Positions 39,880-52,537 of a stretch of DNA of 64,000 bases are shown here, one piece after another. The number at the start of each line of letters is the position of its first letter. Position 1 is the first letter of the stretch. This DNA comes from Eledone cirrhosa. Lineage: Eukaryota. The notes under the pieces are model-generated. The model was given only the letters and a program-made list of their open reading frames with translations, made no database searches and had not been told where the DNA came from. A program made the position numbers and the translations under genes. Location: NCBI GenBank assembly GCA_964016885.1, contig OZ024758.1, positions 27,218,001 through 27,282,000 on the forward strand. Direction: 5' to 3'.

Positions 39880-40203
39880 TCTTCCTCTCCTTCTTTCTTT
39901 CGTCTTCTTTTCTTTCTTTCATCTTGCTCTCTTTCGTCTTTCTTTCGTCTTCTTTTCTTTCTTTCTTCCTTTCTCTTTATTTCTTACTTTCTTTTTTTCT
40001 TTTTTTCTTTTTTTTCTTTTTTTTTCTTTTTTTCTTTTTTTCTTTTTTTCTTTTTTTCTTTTTTTCTTTTTTTCTTTTTTTCTTTTTTTCTTTTTTTCTT
40101 TTTTTCTTTTTTTCTTTTTTTCTTTTTTCTTCTTTCTTCCTTTTCTTTTCTTTACTTCTTTCTTCCTTTTCTTTTCTTTTCTTCTTTCTTCCTTTCTTTC
40201 TTA
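39880..40203. repeat. Polypyrimidine (TTTTTTTC)n tract
   Basis: Directly visible. Confidence 0.92.
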
Positions 40204-40660
40204 TATATCAACATACTTCATGTTTTTGTGCCTGAAGACATATGTCTGTTCACTCATAATTAGTGGCCTGTTTTAACCAGTTCGGTTTATATACAGGTAC
40301 GTCAAGCCACCGAAGAGATTTAGATGAAATCCTTAAAGTATAGTTGGTGATGAACCATCGCTGACACCTTTTTTCTCGTCAAAATGCAATTATTGCTGAG
40401 CCACATATCTCGATCATTATATTTACAACTTAATTAGGGAAATATAACAAAATCGGATATCCCTTAAATCTAGCAAAATTCCAAAATTTGGCGAAAGAAC
40501 TTTAAACCAGCTAAACCGATCTGTCATCTCCATAAAACCCCCAATGTGTATGTTTATAATTTATTTTTATATCTGTACTTTATTTCCGGATCTAGGCTGA
40601 AGTGCGAAAAAGGATCGGTTTTTGCAACGACTTTTCCTTTATAGCCCGAAGCTTAAAACT

Positions 40661-40720
<60 letters not shown>

Positions 40721-41560
40721 CATTCATATATTTAATATTCTTGTGCTTGTTTGTTTTGTTTATTTATTTTTGTTTCCCAACGTTGCGAAAACAATGAAAA
40801 GCCTTGATTTCACATTTCAAAATGTCGAGATTTCTGTGTAAAGAACATCATTAATTTTATTCCCCAAAGCCCAAGGGATATAGTAAAAATGTCGCGAAAT
40901 ATATATTATATACAAAAAAAAAAGGAAATGTATAATTGATTGACAGAACTCTGTTTGACTGAAATCTCGTTCCCATATAATATATAATTGTCCTCGAGAA
41001 CAGTACCAACGCCATTATAACACGGTTCTGAGGCTTCTATGTCGAATACAGATGAATATTATGCTTTAAGTCATATCGCCTCGAGTAAAATGTATTGCGA
41101 CAGAATTCAATGATGAAAATAAGTAGTGATATTTCATTGTTATATTGCAGTCTTCTACAAGGTCACAACCTCACAAACCACAGAAAATATTCTGCCTCGT
41201 AGAAACAGCTAATAATATCATGTAATAAGAAATAACAAACCATAAATATAAGGTAATTGCTAGCAATTTACAGAAGGAAAAATATCTTAGGAAATTTTTC
41301 TTCCAGTCTGCTAAATCATTAGAACTTGCAGCCAAATATGTTGTGAGATTTGGTGTAGGGATTAACAACATTTATACATGGAAGATTGTTTCTTAATTAG
41401 ATCTTATCTTGCACTGGGAAATGTACCGTTTTCTATATATATTTAGAGTGTTTAGTTATTAGGGTAGTGGATTGGCAGAATTGGTAGAGCGTCGGATAAA
41501 ATGCCATTGCGATATTTGTTCTGGCTCTTTACATTCTGAGTTCAAATCCCGCCAAGGCCA

Positions 41561-41591
<31 letters not shown>

Positions 41592-41596
<5 letters not shown>

Positions 41597-41772
41597 TATT
41601 AAATAAATGGAAACTATATTTATAAAACCATATTTATTTCATTATATATATTTCAGGGATACCAAATTAAAATATGGTATGCTTTCATCAGACAAAATAC
41701 AATATATAAACAGTTTTATAAATAATTTTGACGTACCCTATTAAATGCAACCATTATTTTTGGAAGCTGTCT
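41592..41772 (-). mobile_element. Family P1 single-arm copy with hammerhead motif at ~41634-41699
   Basis: AUUUUGU-CUGAUGA-..AUACCA..UGGUAU..-GAAA-UAUAUA-UA-AUGAAAU. Lies between (TG)n and (TA)n. Confidence 0.78.
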
Positions 41773-42060
41773 GGATATATATATATATATATAATGTATA
41801 CATTTTTGGAAGAAACAACGGACTGTGTGGTTACTTGATAAAGTGTATTTAAAAATAAAAGGAAAGCATAAGCAGGGGACAATCCCTTCTTCGGTTGTCT
41901 GCTGGAGATCACTGACATTTCAACACATTAAAGACAATATGTCTAACTCCAGTGCGTCAATAACTTTTGGAAGTTATTGGGGGGAAAAAAAGGAGGCAGA
42001 AAAAATTAAACAGAAGGAAAAAAAACGCAGAAAACATACCGAAAAAGAGAAGCACACGTA

Positions 42061-42539
42061 TCTAAACTATAATAAAGAGAGGAGCGCGGGACTGCGTACG
42101 GTTTATAAGCTTTTATCCCATTTGTAAAATAAGTTGGATTACTTTGAATAAATAATGAATGAATATTACATAATTTATCTACTAAATTTCGTGGCTGTTG
42201 ATTAAATATGTTTTGTTTATTTAAAGATTCACTTCTTTAAAATTTCTGAAATGTCAGCACTTCCGGTTGGCGATCGCCTAAATAAACATACTAATTTTCT
42301 GTCACTAATTTTCTCCTAATGCAGTTTATATATAATATCGTCTTTTTTAATGTATCATGGATTACGTTACTGATTACATAAGACAGTGTAACACAGTCTT
42401 CGTTCAATTTCTGTGTATATCGTCAATTACGATTTTATTTGATGTATCATATCTACATGTATATATACTTGCGTATAATATCAATATACACACTACACAT
42501 GCTAGCAGAAAACCACCCGAAGGGTGGTTTTTCTGCTAG
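42061..42539 (+). mobile_element. Non-autonomous Helitron H1, complete
   Basis: A|TCTAAACTATAATAAAG ... terminal hairpin ending CTAG|T. No TSD. Confidence 0.85.
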
Positions 42540-42802
42540 TGTATATAAGTAACCGGGGGTGAGAGAGAAGTAAAAAACAGCTACTGAACATAAGTCCGAG
42601 GCTTTTGTTGACGGTGAATTAAGGAGAGCGAAGAAAATAAAGTGCGAATAAAGTACTGGGGTTGGTTTACTCAACTTTGTCATTCCTCAGATTTGTTGGC
42701 CTTGTGCCTAAATTAAAAATCAATATTTAAGTAAAGCCGAAGAGTACATATATTTGATCCTCTCATTTGTTAAAAGAGTCTAAAATATTATTTTGCGCTA
42801 TA

Positions 42803-42903
42803 CAAGGTGTCCCCCAAAAATGTATACACATTTCAACAACATTCTAATAAATATTGCCGGTACAGGTAATCAAAGTGTGTATACATTTTTGTGGGATATT
42901 CTG
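42803..42903. mobile_element. ~100-bp Tc1/mariner MITE
   Basis: TA-flanked ~26-bp TIRs. Second copy at ~52335-52435. Confidence 0.75.
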
Positions 42904-42949
42904 TATTTGATATTTCAATGCTTGTAAAACGTCCGTCTCATCACCACCC

Positions 42950-43142
42950 ACATACCGCTCTCTTGCTCTGGAACCCTGACTCCAGCCTGACTAGGAGTAG
43001 GAAGCTGTCATTCCCTGACGTTAGCTCTAGGGATACGGGAATCAGTAGACGGGACCTGGGGGCAGCGATGGGGGACAGGGAATTCTGGGGCATGAGAGTG
43101 AGATCCATCATCTCGACAGTAGTCGACGAATGGTGATGATGA
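42950..43142 (+). pseudogene. RTE/RTE-X LINE 3' end
   Basis: LLLWNPDSSLTRSRKLSFPDVSSRDTGISRRDLGAAMGDREFW followed by a (TGA)n tail. Confidence 0.75.
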
Positions 43143-43724
43143 CATACAAATATGAGGTTCCGAAATTGCATAAAATAATATACTGTTACGTTCCTATGCA
43201 ATTCTTTCTTTTCCAGGATAAATAAAATACGTTCTGGCTTCGAATTAAGCAGTTGTGCTTTCCCTAAAAACAGGGAGTTTTGTAAAAAAATATTAGAAAT
43301 AAAAATTTAAATGTCAAAAATAAATATTTTAATATTTACAAATATTCTTGTTAAGCAGATGATATATCTAGATGATATCTTTAAACCCCTCTAAGCTCCT
43401 TGCTGGCCGAAACCGGATTCCGGTTTCGAATCTCGGTTAATGTAAATTTTCTTTAGTGTAGGGTTATTGTGTTAAAGCATTAGTTCAGGGCGAATGAACA
43501 CCAAGAGAATTAATTTCGCTGTTCATGCGTAATGGTGTTTGCTAGTTTAGGGTGGAGATTGACAAAAAATTCAAGAGTGAATCTCATTAAGGTATGTAGT
43601 AGTGTATATCTCATAGACACGAATACATACATATGTATACGTGCACACGGTGAAAACCTATGTATACGAGTAAACACACAGAATAAACACTGGCAGAGCT
43701 TGCAGTCATTATAATATATAATCA

Positions 43725-44115
43725 GTGGCTTGGCAGTATCGGTGGAAGGTCGGACGCCATGCTTCGACGCATAGTTACGGCCCTTGCCAATCTGAGATCA
43801 AATCCCGCCGAGGTTAACTTTGCCTATCATCCTTACGGGGTCGATAAAATAAAGTACCAGTAATGCACTGGGGTTGATTTAATCGACTTTCTCCTCCCCC
43901 AAATTGCTGGCCTTGTGCCTATATAAGAAACCATTACAATATATAATCGGTGGAAGGTCGGACGACATGCTTCGACGCATAGAGTTACGGCCCTTGCCAT
44001 TCTGAGTTCAAATCCCGCCGAGGTTAACTTTGCCTATCATCCTTACGGGGTCGATAAAATAAAGTACCAGTAATGCACTGGGGTAATTGCTGGCCTTGTG
44101 CCAAAAGTAGAAACA
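43725..44115 (+). mobile_element. Two tandem SINE copies (long form, then short form)
   Basis: Both share the rare variant GCCTATCATCC and the junction CATTAYAATATATAATC. Confidence 0.88.
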
Positions 44116-44255
44116 TGAACGTCAGGTCAACATACTTCACATCCCTAACATCAGTTTCAAGAAACATATTTAAAGAAACACACAAGAGCATGTCTTAGCA
44201 ACGTTCACATTCTAAATGTTTTTGTGTTCTTTTCATTCTATTCTCTAGCATTGAT

Positions 44256-44348
44256 AATACCTCTCTTAGCCATAAGTAATACCTCTCTTAGTCATAAGTA
44301 ATACCTCTCTTAGTCATAAGTAATACCTCTCTTAGTCATAAGTAATAC
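44256..44348. repeat. 22-bp tandem repeat, 4 copies
   Basis: AATACCTCTCTTAGTCATAAGT. Confidence 0.92.
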
Positions 44349-44377
44349 TTACCACCCTTTTAATGTCTTCTTCACCA

Positions 44378-46460
44378 ATAACTAATTACATAACACAATA
44401 GTCCACTCTTGCTCTGATGATAATTATCACTAACTAATTACATGACACAATAGTCCACTCTTGCTCTGATGATAATTATCACTAACTAATTACATGACAC
44501 AATAGTCCACTCTTGCTCTGATGATAATTATCACTAACTAATTACATGACACAATAGTCCACTCTTGCTCTGATGATAATTATCACTAACTAATTATATA
44601 ATACAATAGTCCACTCTTGCTCTGATGATAATTATCACTAACTAATTACATGACACAATAGTCCACTCTTGCTCTGATGATAATTATCACTAACTAATTA
44701 CATGACACAATAGTCCACTCTTGCTCTGATGATAATTATCACTAACTAATTATATAATACAATAGTCCACTCTTGCTCTGATGATAATTATCACTAACTA
44801 ATTACATGACACAATAGTCCACTCTTGCTCTGATGATAATTATCACTAACTAATTACATGACACAATAGTCCACTCTTGCTCTGATGATAATTATCACTA
44901 ACTAATTATATAACACAATAGTCCACTCTTGCTCTGATGATAATTATCACTAACTAATTACATGACACAATAGTCCACTCTTGCTCTGATGATAATTATC
45001 ACTAACTAATTACATGACACAATAGTCTATTCTTGCTCTGATGATAATTATCACTAACTAATTACATAACACAATAGTCCACTCTTGCTCTGATGATAAT
45101 TATCACTAACTAATTACATGACACAATAGTCCACTCTTGCTCTGATGATAATTATCACTAACTAATTATATAACACAATAGTCCACTCTTGCTCTGATGA
45201 TAATTATCACTAACTAATTACATGACACAATAGTCCACTCTTGCTCTGATGATAATTATCACTAACTAATTACATGACACAATAGTCTACTCTTGCTCTG
45301 ATGATAATTATCACTAACTAATTACATAACACAATAGTCCACTCTTGCTCTGATGATAATTATCACTAACTAATTACATGACACAATAGTCCACTCTTGC
45401 TCTGATGATAATTATCACTAACTAATTACATGACACAATAGTCTACTCTTGCTCTGATGATAATTATCACTAACTAATTACATAACACAATAGTCCACTC
45501 TTGCTCTGATGATAATTATCACTAACTAATTATATAACACAATAGTCCACTCTTGCTCTGATGATAATTATCACTAACTAATTACATGACACAATAGTCC
45601 ACTCTTGCTCTGATGATAATTATCACTATCTAATTACATGACACAATAGTCTACTCTTGCTCTGATGATAATTATCACTAACTCATTACATAACACAATA
45701 GTCCACTCTTGCTCTGATGATAATTATCACTAACTAATTACATGACACAATAGTCCACTCTTGCTCTGATGATAATTATCACTAACTAATTATATAATAC
45801 AATAGTCCACTCTTGCTCTGATGATAATTATCACTAACTAATTACATGACACAATAGTCCACTCTTGCTCTGATGATAATTATCACTAACTAATTACATG
45901 ACACAATAGTCCACTCTTGCTCTGATGATAATTATCACTAACTAATTACATGACACAATAGTCCACTCTTGCTCTGATGATAATTATCACTAACTAATTA
46001 CATGACACAATAGTCCACTCTTGCTCTGATGATAATTATCACTAACTAATTACATGACACAATAGTCCACTCTTGCTCTGATGATAATTATCACTAACTA
46101 ATTACATGACACAATAGTCCACTCTTGCTCTGATGATAATTATCACTAACTAATTACATGACACAATAGTCCACTCTTGCTCTGATGATAATTATCACTA
46201 ACTAATTACATGACACAATAGTCCACTCTTGCTCTGATGATAATTATCACTAACTAATTACATGACACAATAGTCCACTCTTGCTCTGATGATAATTATC
46301 ACTAACTAATTACATGACACAATAGTCCACTCTTGCTCTGATGATAATTATCACTAACTAATTACATAACACAATAGCCTACCCTTATTCTGATGATAAT
46401 TATTACTAACTAATTATACTACCCTTAGTTATTACTAACACAATAGTCCACCCTTGATAA
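44378..46460. repeat. 52-bp satellite, ~39 units; degenerate units continue at 46810-47005
   Basis: ACTAATTACATGACACAATAGTCCACTCTTGCTCTGATGATAATTATCACTA. Confidence 0.97.
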
Positions 46461-46461
46461 T

Positions 46462-46808
46462 TCCAATCCAATCCAAGGCCTTCTCACTCCTGTAGGGGGA
46501 ACCCCAGCCTTGTTGACCTTCACCGTTTTCTCTTTGGTTTTATTCATGTCAGGGGTGTAGCCGTACTCTCCATGTTTGGGTTAAATAGCTTCATCAACCT
46601 GCAATTGGCCAGAGTGTGGGTAGATGGCCGTTGACGCCGAGGAGTTCATTCACCCTCTTAACAGCTTGTTTTTGGTGCTGCTGGGGTTACACTGACCCTC
46701 CTCACCAGACCAGAGTCTGGCGGGGTAGCCGGTTTAGACGCCGACCACTTGACGATGAAGCAGACTTTACTTGGGTTACAAGGTACCAGTGGCAGACAGA
46801 AGCCTAAC
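46462..46808 (-). mobile_element. Second RTE-derived bipartite element (family R2)
   Basis: 5' ~190 nt homologous to the R1 5' region. 3' ~70 nt match the RTE 3' end at 25062-25135. (TTGGA)n tail. Confidence 0.78.
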
Positions 46809-47299
46809 ATTATGATAATCATACTTAATTAATATATAATACAATAATTCACCACTATTATCTAATGATAATCACTACTAATTAATATATATAACACAAT
46901 AATCTATTCTTACTCTAGTGATTATCATCCTTAAATAATGTATAACATGACAGACTATCCTAACTCTGATGTTAAGAATAATTAATACATACATTAGGGA
47001 TATTAATATATCCCTTTATTCAAGAGACTGGTGGTTAGCAAGCTTTTCCTTCTGTTACAAGAAACAGCTTATCAAATTTGAATATAGTCGTGTTTTAATT
47101 TTACACTCAGAATCCTGCGAGAGAAAGAATCCAACGAGGGACATTTTGTTTTTAAGAAAGCCGGTCAGTTGCTCGATTTCTATGTCATTAAGTAAAATGT
47201 GTAGTTTTTAAGAATTACATGAAAGCATTTCTTGGCATGTTTCCGAAGATTTTCGATTCGGATTAACTTATTTTTTTTACGGGGCATGAATTAGCCAAA

Positions 47300-47830
47300 T
47301 AGACAAGACTAACTCCGGATCATCTTGGCAAACACAGTCTCATCGTTCTCGGAAGCAGCTACAGAAACATAAAAATAAAAAAAATATGTTATGATTACAA
47401 AGCAAAAAGTAATGTTATCGGTAGTTATACACTAATTGGTTGTGAGGAGAAAAGCAGTGTTATAGTGTCAGACAACTTAATCGACAATACACGAAATAAG
47501 TATATGGAAATGAACAGAAATGCTGAGAAGGGCAAAGCATACTTGTTGTGTAATCAAGCATAAACTTTAGAAGCTGTTGCATCACGTAATGGTATGAGAA
47601 CAGTATTTAGGACAACCAGTAAAATCAATCTCAAGTGAAAGCAAAGGGTGGTGTATTACGATTCAAAAGGCAAGAAGGGATTGGGGGAGTTGATTCGAAA
47701 ACTACAGTAACATTAGAGTTCTTGTCTCGGCAAACTAAAGGAGAAAAGAAGACATTAATAGCTTGAAAAACAATATGCCACCTGTCATTAATAAATCAAA
47801 GCAGGAATATTTAGAAGGTAATTTATAATG
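47300..47830 (+). pseudogene. Possible decayed RTE ORF2 linker region
   Basis: NQA*TLEAVASRNGMRTVFRTTSKI resembles the endonuclease-RT linker. Weak. Confidence 0.35.
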
Positions 47831-47883
47831 CAATGAATGTACATTCTCTATGGAAAAAAAAAGTTAAAACTGTGCAGTATTAT

Positions 47884-48470
47884 GTGGATTGGCAGTATCG
47901 GTAGGGGGTCGGACGCCATGCTTTGCAGCATAGTTACGTCCCTTTACAATCTGAGTTCAAATCCCGCCGAGGTTAACTTTGCCTTTCATCCTTACGGGGT
48001 CGATAAAATAAAGTACCAGTAATGTACTGGGGTATTTGCTGGCCTTGTGCCAAAAGTAGAAACAATATCTTTAAAAGAAAGAAGAGTTTCAATATAAACA
48101 CCCTTGTAAATATTTTCCCAGCGACGCAGCCCCGGGGTCGATAAAGTAGAAACAATTATATCTTTAAAAGAGAAGTGGTGGTTTGGCGGTATCGGTAGAG
48201 GGTCGGACACCATGCTAGGGTGGTGGTTTGGTAGTATCGGTAGAGGGTCGGACACCATGCTTTTCATAATAGTTACGGCCCTTTACGGTCTGAGTTCAAA
48301 TCCCGCCGAGGTTAACTTTGCCTTTCATCCTTACGGGGTCGATAAAATAAAGTACCAGTAATGTACTGGGGTATTTGCTGGCCTTGTGCCTAAAGTAGAA
48401 ACAATATCTTTATATTGAAACTCTTCTTTCTTTTAAACACCCTTGTAAATATTTTCCCAGCGACTCAGCC
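47884..48470 (+). mobile_element. Rearranged SINE cluster with duplicated flank
   Basis: Two full SINEs, fragments, a duplicated head and a duplicated ~65-bp flank. Confidence 0.85.
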
Positions 48471-48672
48471 TCTCTTATATTCAGTTTCATTTACATTATG
48501 AATACATTAAACAACATCAATGGACTCCTATTGCGAAAAGTTCCTTGGTGGGGTTTGAAATTTTTGATACATTCCATCTTTTTTATATGTAATCAAATAT
48601 ACATCAAGATGAACAACACATATCTAACACAAGACATATTCAAAAGGCAACAGTCATTTTATATACTAACTA

Positions 48673-49364
48673 CCGCATATGCCGGCGTACAAGTCAATCC
48701 GGCGCATATGTCGACCCCTAACATTCTCAGGTGTAATTCAGGTTTAGGCCTATATTCGCCGGATAAGACCCCCCCCCCGTCCCAAAAAAACAACAAAAAA
48801 CAAATAAGGTAGTTGCAGAGGAAATAATTTTAAAAAAATGTAGTGGCGCGCTAAAGGCTAAGACACTTCTAAAACACTTCAGTCGTAAGTTCTAACTCAC
48901 TGAGTAAACCAGCGTAGACTAACCTTAACGAACATATAGTAACCTACCCTATGAGCTACGTTAAATAGACTTAACAAATAAAAGATTCAGTAGGAAATAA
49001 TTGTTTCTACTTTAGGCACAAGGCCAGCAATTACCCCAGTGCATTACTGGTACTTTTATTTTATCGACCCCGTAAGGGTGAAAGGCAAAGTCAACCTCGG
49101 CGGGATTTGAACTCAGATCGTAAAGGGACGTAACTATGCTGGAAAGCATGGCGTCCGACCCTCTACCGATACTGCCAATCCACCGTAATAGTGGTAGGCT
49201 GCTATAGTTAGGGTAAGTGGTACACGAGTGTTAGGCAGGCAGTTTCACTGCTTACTCCTTAGTGGTAAAAGGTTCATGTTTTATATTCGGTGGACAAGTC
49301 GACCCCTGGTTTTGGAGAGATGTTTTTAGGCTCCAAATGTCGACTTGTACGTTGGCATATACGG
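48673..49364. mobile_element. Tc1/pogo-type MITE containing a nested SINE (48997-49185, -)
   Basis: TIRs CCGCATATGCCGGCGTACAAGTC / GACTTGTACGTTGGCATATACGG. Confidence 0.75.
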
Positions 49365-50230
49365 CATATTATTCGTAAACTTCTCATAGCAACACAACAC
49401 AGACAGATCTACTGGTAATGTTGGATATTTGGTAAAAGAATTCAACAGCTGCTTCTAGAAAGAATCTGTAGCTTTTAAGCAACATTGACATAGATATTTA
49501 CCAACAATAAATAAAAAAAAAAACCCAATAAAATATTAAAGAAATGAACGAAATACAAAGCTGTTACATAGTTGAAAAAAATTGTAGAGAGTTCAGAAAA
49601 AGAGGTGGAACTGATGCGAGTCTGGCGACAGTATCCGTTCATGCCCCATTGAGTTAACATAGCTATTCTATTCACTCCATAAAGTAATATGCAAACATTC
49701 GCCTGACGTTTATCGCGATGAGGAAAGTGGTTAGCTTCGTTGAAAACAGATAAGGATAACAAAGAACAAAAGAAATGTGGTTAAGGAAGTTGGTAGCACA
49801 TGTTCTGATCTTGTTATTAGGCATGTATCTGGAACCTTCAATGCTGGTATTCATAGTAATCTTCATGCAGTCACGCATTTAAGCACCACCGGCGTCTGTT
49901 CAGCACATAATTTAGGTAAACAAGTGACGAGGGCGATATTTTGAGAGTTTTATATATATATATATACACATACACACACATACACACATTTTACCGCCGA
50001 GCTCGCGGGAGATCCATATATACACATTCAGCATCTTACCATGTATCGAGTATTTCTTTGATTTGTATGCATATATATATATATATATATATATGTAAAT
50101 AAATGTAATCTGAGTTTTTCGAATATTAATAACATTCGATTCGTTTGCAATTTTTTAAACAAACCTCAATTTTATAGCCATGTCAGTAGAATGAACACTT
50201 CATTCTTGCCCTTGTCTTGGCATGCGAACA

Positions 50231-50280
50231 GAACTGCAGTCACTGTTGTTTCTGGGTATCGCCCTTCATCAGTACAACTC
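50231..50280 (-). ncRNA. Degenerate hammerhead-like motif beside (TA)n
   Basis: GAGUUGUA-CUGAUGA-AGGG CGAUA CCCA-GAAAC-AACAGUGAC-UGCAGUUC. The NUH site is not canonical. Confidence 0.45.
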
Positions 50281-50281
50281 A

Positions 50282-50324
<43 letters not shown>

Positions 50325-51064
50325 TGTGTGTGTGTGTGTGTGTGTGTACTACATTGCATGAAATACATGGCAAACTGGCGTACACTTAGCTAGGCACTCC
50401 GAGTTTCCCTAAACAAATTGGTCTTACTTCGTTTGTCAGCGATATATTTACCTCTGATTACATATTGAGGGCTCTTTCTTTTGTGATTTTAATCACATTA
50501 AGATAACATTATATATATAATACAAATGGAAGTACAGCATAATCGAAGCTCGAGCCGTAGCTAAGCCAACGAATGCAATCAGAAAGTGCAGCCAAGCACT
50601 CGATAAGGTATAAAACCTTAGAGTAATAACATTATGTTTAAAGGGGTTTGCAAATTGAAGATAGCGACCGGCAATTCAGCCGCGGGGTCCGTAGCAACGA
50701 AAGAAGTGACTTGCGAGAAAAATTACACACACACCACACCACACCACACCACACCACACCACACCACACACGTGTGTGTGTATTGAGTACCACACCGTCA
50801 ATAATGGCAGTAAATATATTTTTGATACTTAATAGATTAATTAAGCTACAAAATCAAGTATATCACTGCAAATTTGAAACGCTTGCACGTGACGAATGTT
50901 GTCTAATCTTTTAAATATAAAACCCTTGTTTGGTGAAGGGGGTGGAGGGGGGGGTTTCTTCTCTGAAGTCTTACTGTTGCCCAGCTCACTTGGGAGTTTC
51001 TTACAACTTAGAGACGATCGAAACAAAAACTAACAAGAAAACTGTTTTATTTAAAAATTTGTAC

Positions 51065-51187
51065 CGGTTTGAATCTCATTAGAGATGCTGTGCTGAGCTG
51101 CTTTAATCATGTCTCTGCTCATCATGCCGGACCTCGTGAGCTGGTTCGTATTCTGTCTGTGGTTCATCACACGTGAGGGTCACCGTT
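51065..51187 (-). CDS. Candidate host exon with start codon (unknown protein)
   Basis: Non-repetitive island. Acceptor TTATTTTCTGCAG and donor CG|GTAC. ATG at 51167 is open to the donor: MNHRQNTNQLTRSGMMSRDMIKAAQHSISNEIQT. No homology recognised. Confidence 0.25.
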
Positions 51188-51817
51188 CTGCAGAAAATAA
51201 ATGTTGTGTGTTTATGTGTTAAATAGTGCACTTAAAATAATTGTTTCTACACTAGGCACAACGCGAGCAATTTTGGCGGAAGGGAAAATCGATTAAATCG
51301 ACCTCAGTGCATTACTGGTACTTTATTTATCGACTCCATAAGGATAAAAGACAAAGCTAACCTCAGCGCGATTTGAACTCAGTACACGTAAAAATAATAG
51401 AAATATAACGACGCCTTTCATTATTGCGCCCACGTTTGAATGATGATATAATGTTACCAATATTTTGGTAAAAGATTAGTGCCCTTGAATATTTACCAAC
51501 TCCTTCATTGAAAATATACTATTATCTTTTAAACCTAATCTCATGTTTATGCAATTAGAGAAAGTTTTAAGCTTTGCTCAATTTTAACCTTTCGAGTGGA
51601 CTAGAAATCGATATTACGTTTTGTAAATCCGGTTTTGTTAACACCCTAAAATAAAATAATAAAACAATAGCAACAATATAGATTTAATGTGAATTAAAAC
51701 AATGAGCCTTAAAACCAAGCAGTTGATTATGTGAATAAGTTAATCTTTAATCATGTATCGACTTCGCAATCTCATTAATTGTTTTCAAAATCCGAGCTTT
51801 GCTGTAGTTTATATCTA

Positions 51818-52298
51818 CTAGCAGAAAAACTACCCTTCGGTTGGTTTTCTGCTAGCATGTGTAGTGTGTATATTGATATTATACACAAGTGTATATATAC
51901 ATGTAGATATGATACATCAAATAAAATCGTAATTGACAATATACATAGAAATTGAACGAAGACTGCGTTACACTGTCTTATGTAATCAGTAACGTAACCC
52001 ATGATACATTAAAAAAGACGATATTATATATAAACTGCATTAGGAGAAAATTAGTGACAGAAAATTAGTATGTTTATTTAAGCGATCGCCAACCGGAAGT
52101 GTTGACATTTCAGAAATTTTAAAGAAGTGAATTTTTAAATAAACAAAATATATTTAATGAACAGCCACGAAATTTAGTAGATAAATTATGTAATATTCAT
52201 TCATTATTTATTCAAAGTAATCCAACTTATTTTACTAATGGGATAAAAAATTATAAACCGTACGCAGTCCCGCATTCCTTACTTTATTATAGTTTAGA
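51818..52298 (-). mobile_element. Non-autonomous Helitron H1, complete
   Basis: Reverse-complement copy of 42061-42539 with the same termini. Confidence 0.85.
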
Positions 52299-52537
52299 TA
52301 TATAATATATATATATTAAATATACACACATATACGGGGTGTCCCCCAAAAATGTATCCACACTTCAACAGCATTCTAATATATATTGCCTGTACAGGTA
52401 ATCAAAGTGTGTTTACATTTTGGGGGAACACCCTGTATATGTATGTATACTTTTGTATAAGATTATTGACCAACCAGGTTATGTACGCAACACTCCAGTC
52501 AGTAAACGATGATGCAATTAGTTTCAATCACTCCATG

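Noticed and set aside
41870-41915. CCGAAGAAGGG..CCC on the minus strand resembling a hammerhead start
   Set aside because: No GAAA or cleavage-site half follows.
42803-42903. Same MITE lying near H1 Helitron copies at both 42.8 kb and 52.3 kb, suggesting a composite element
   Set aside because: The MITE is at opposite Helitron ends and different distances in the two cases, which is consistent with coincidence.
44378-46460. 52-bp array as a CRISPR array or tandem hammerhead (each unit has CTGATGA)
   Set aside because: There are no unique spacers and no cas genes, and the unit has no GAAA or stem III to complete a hammerhead.
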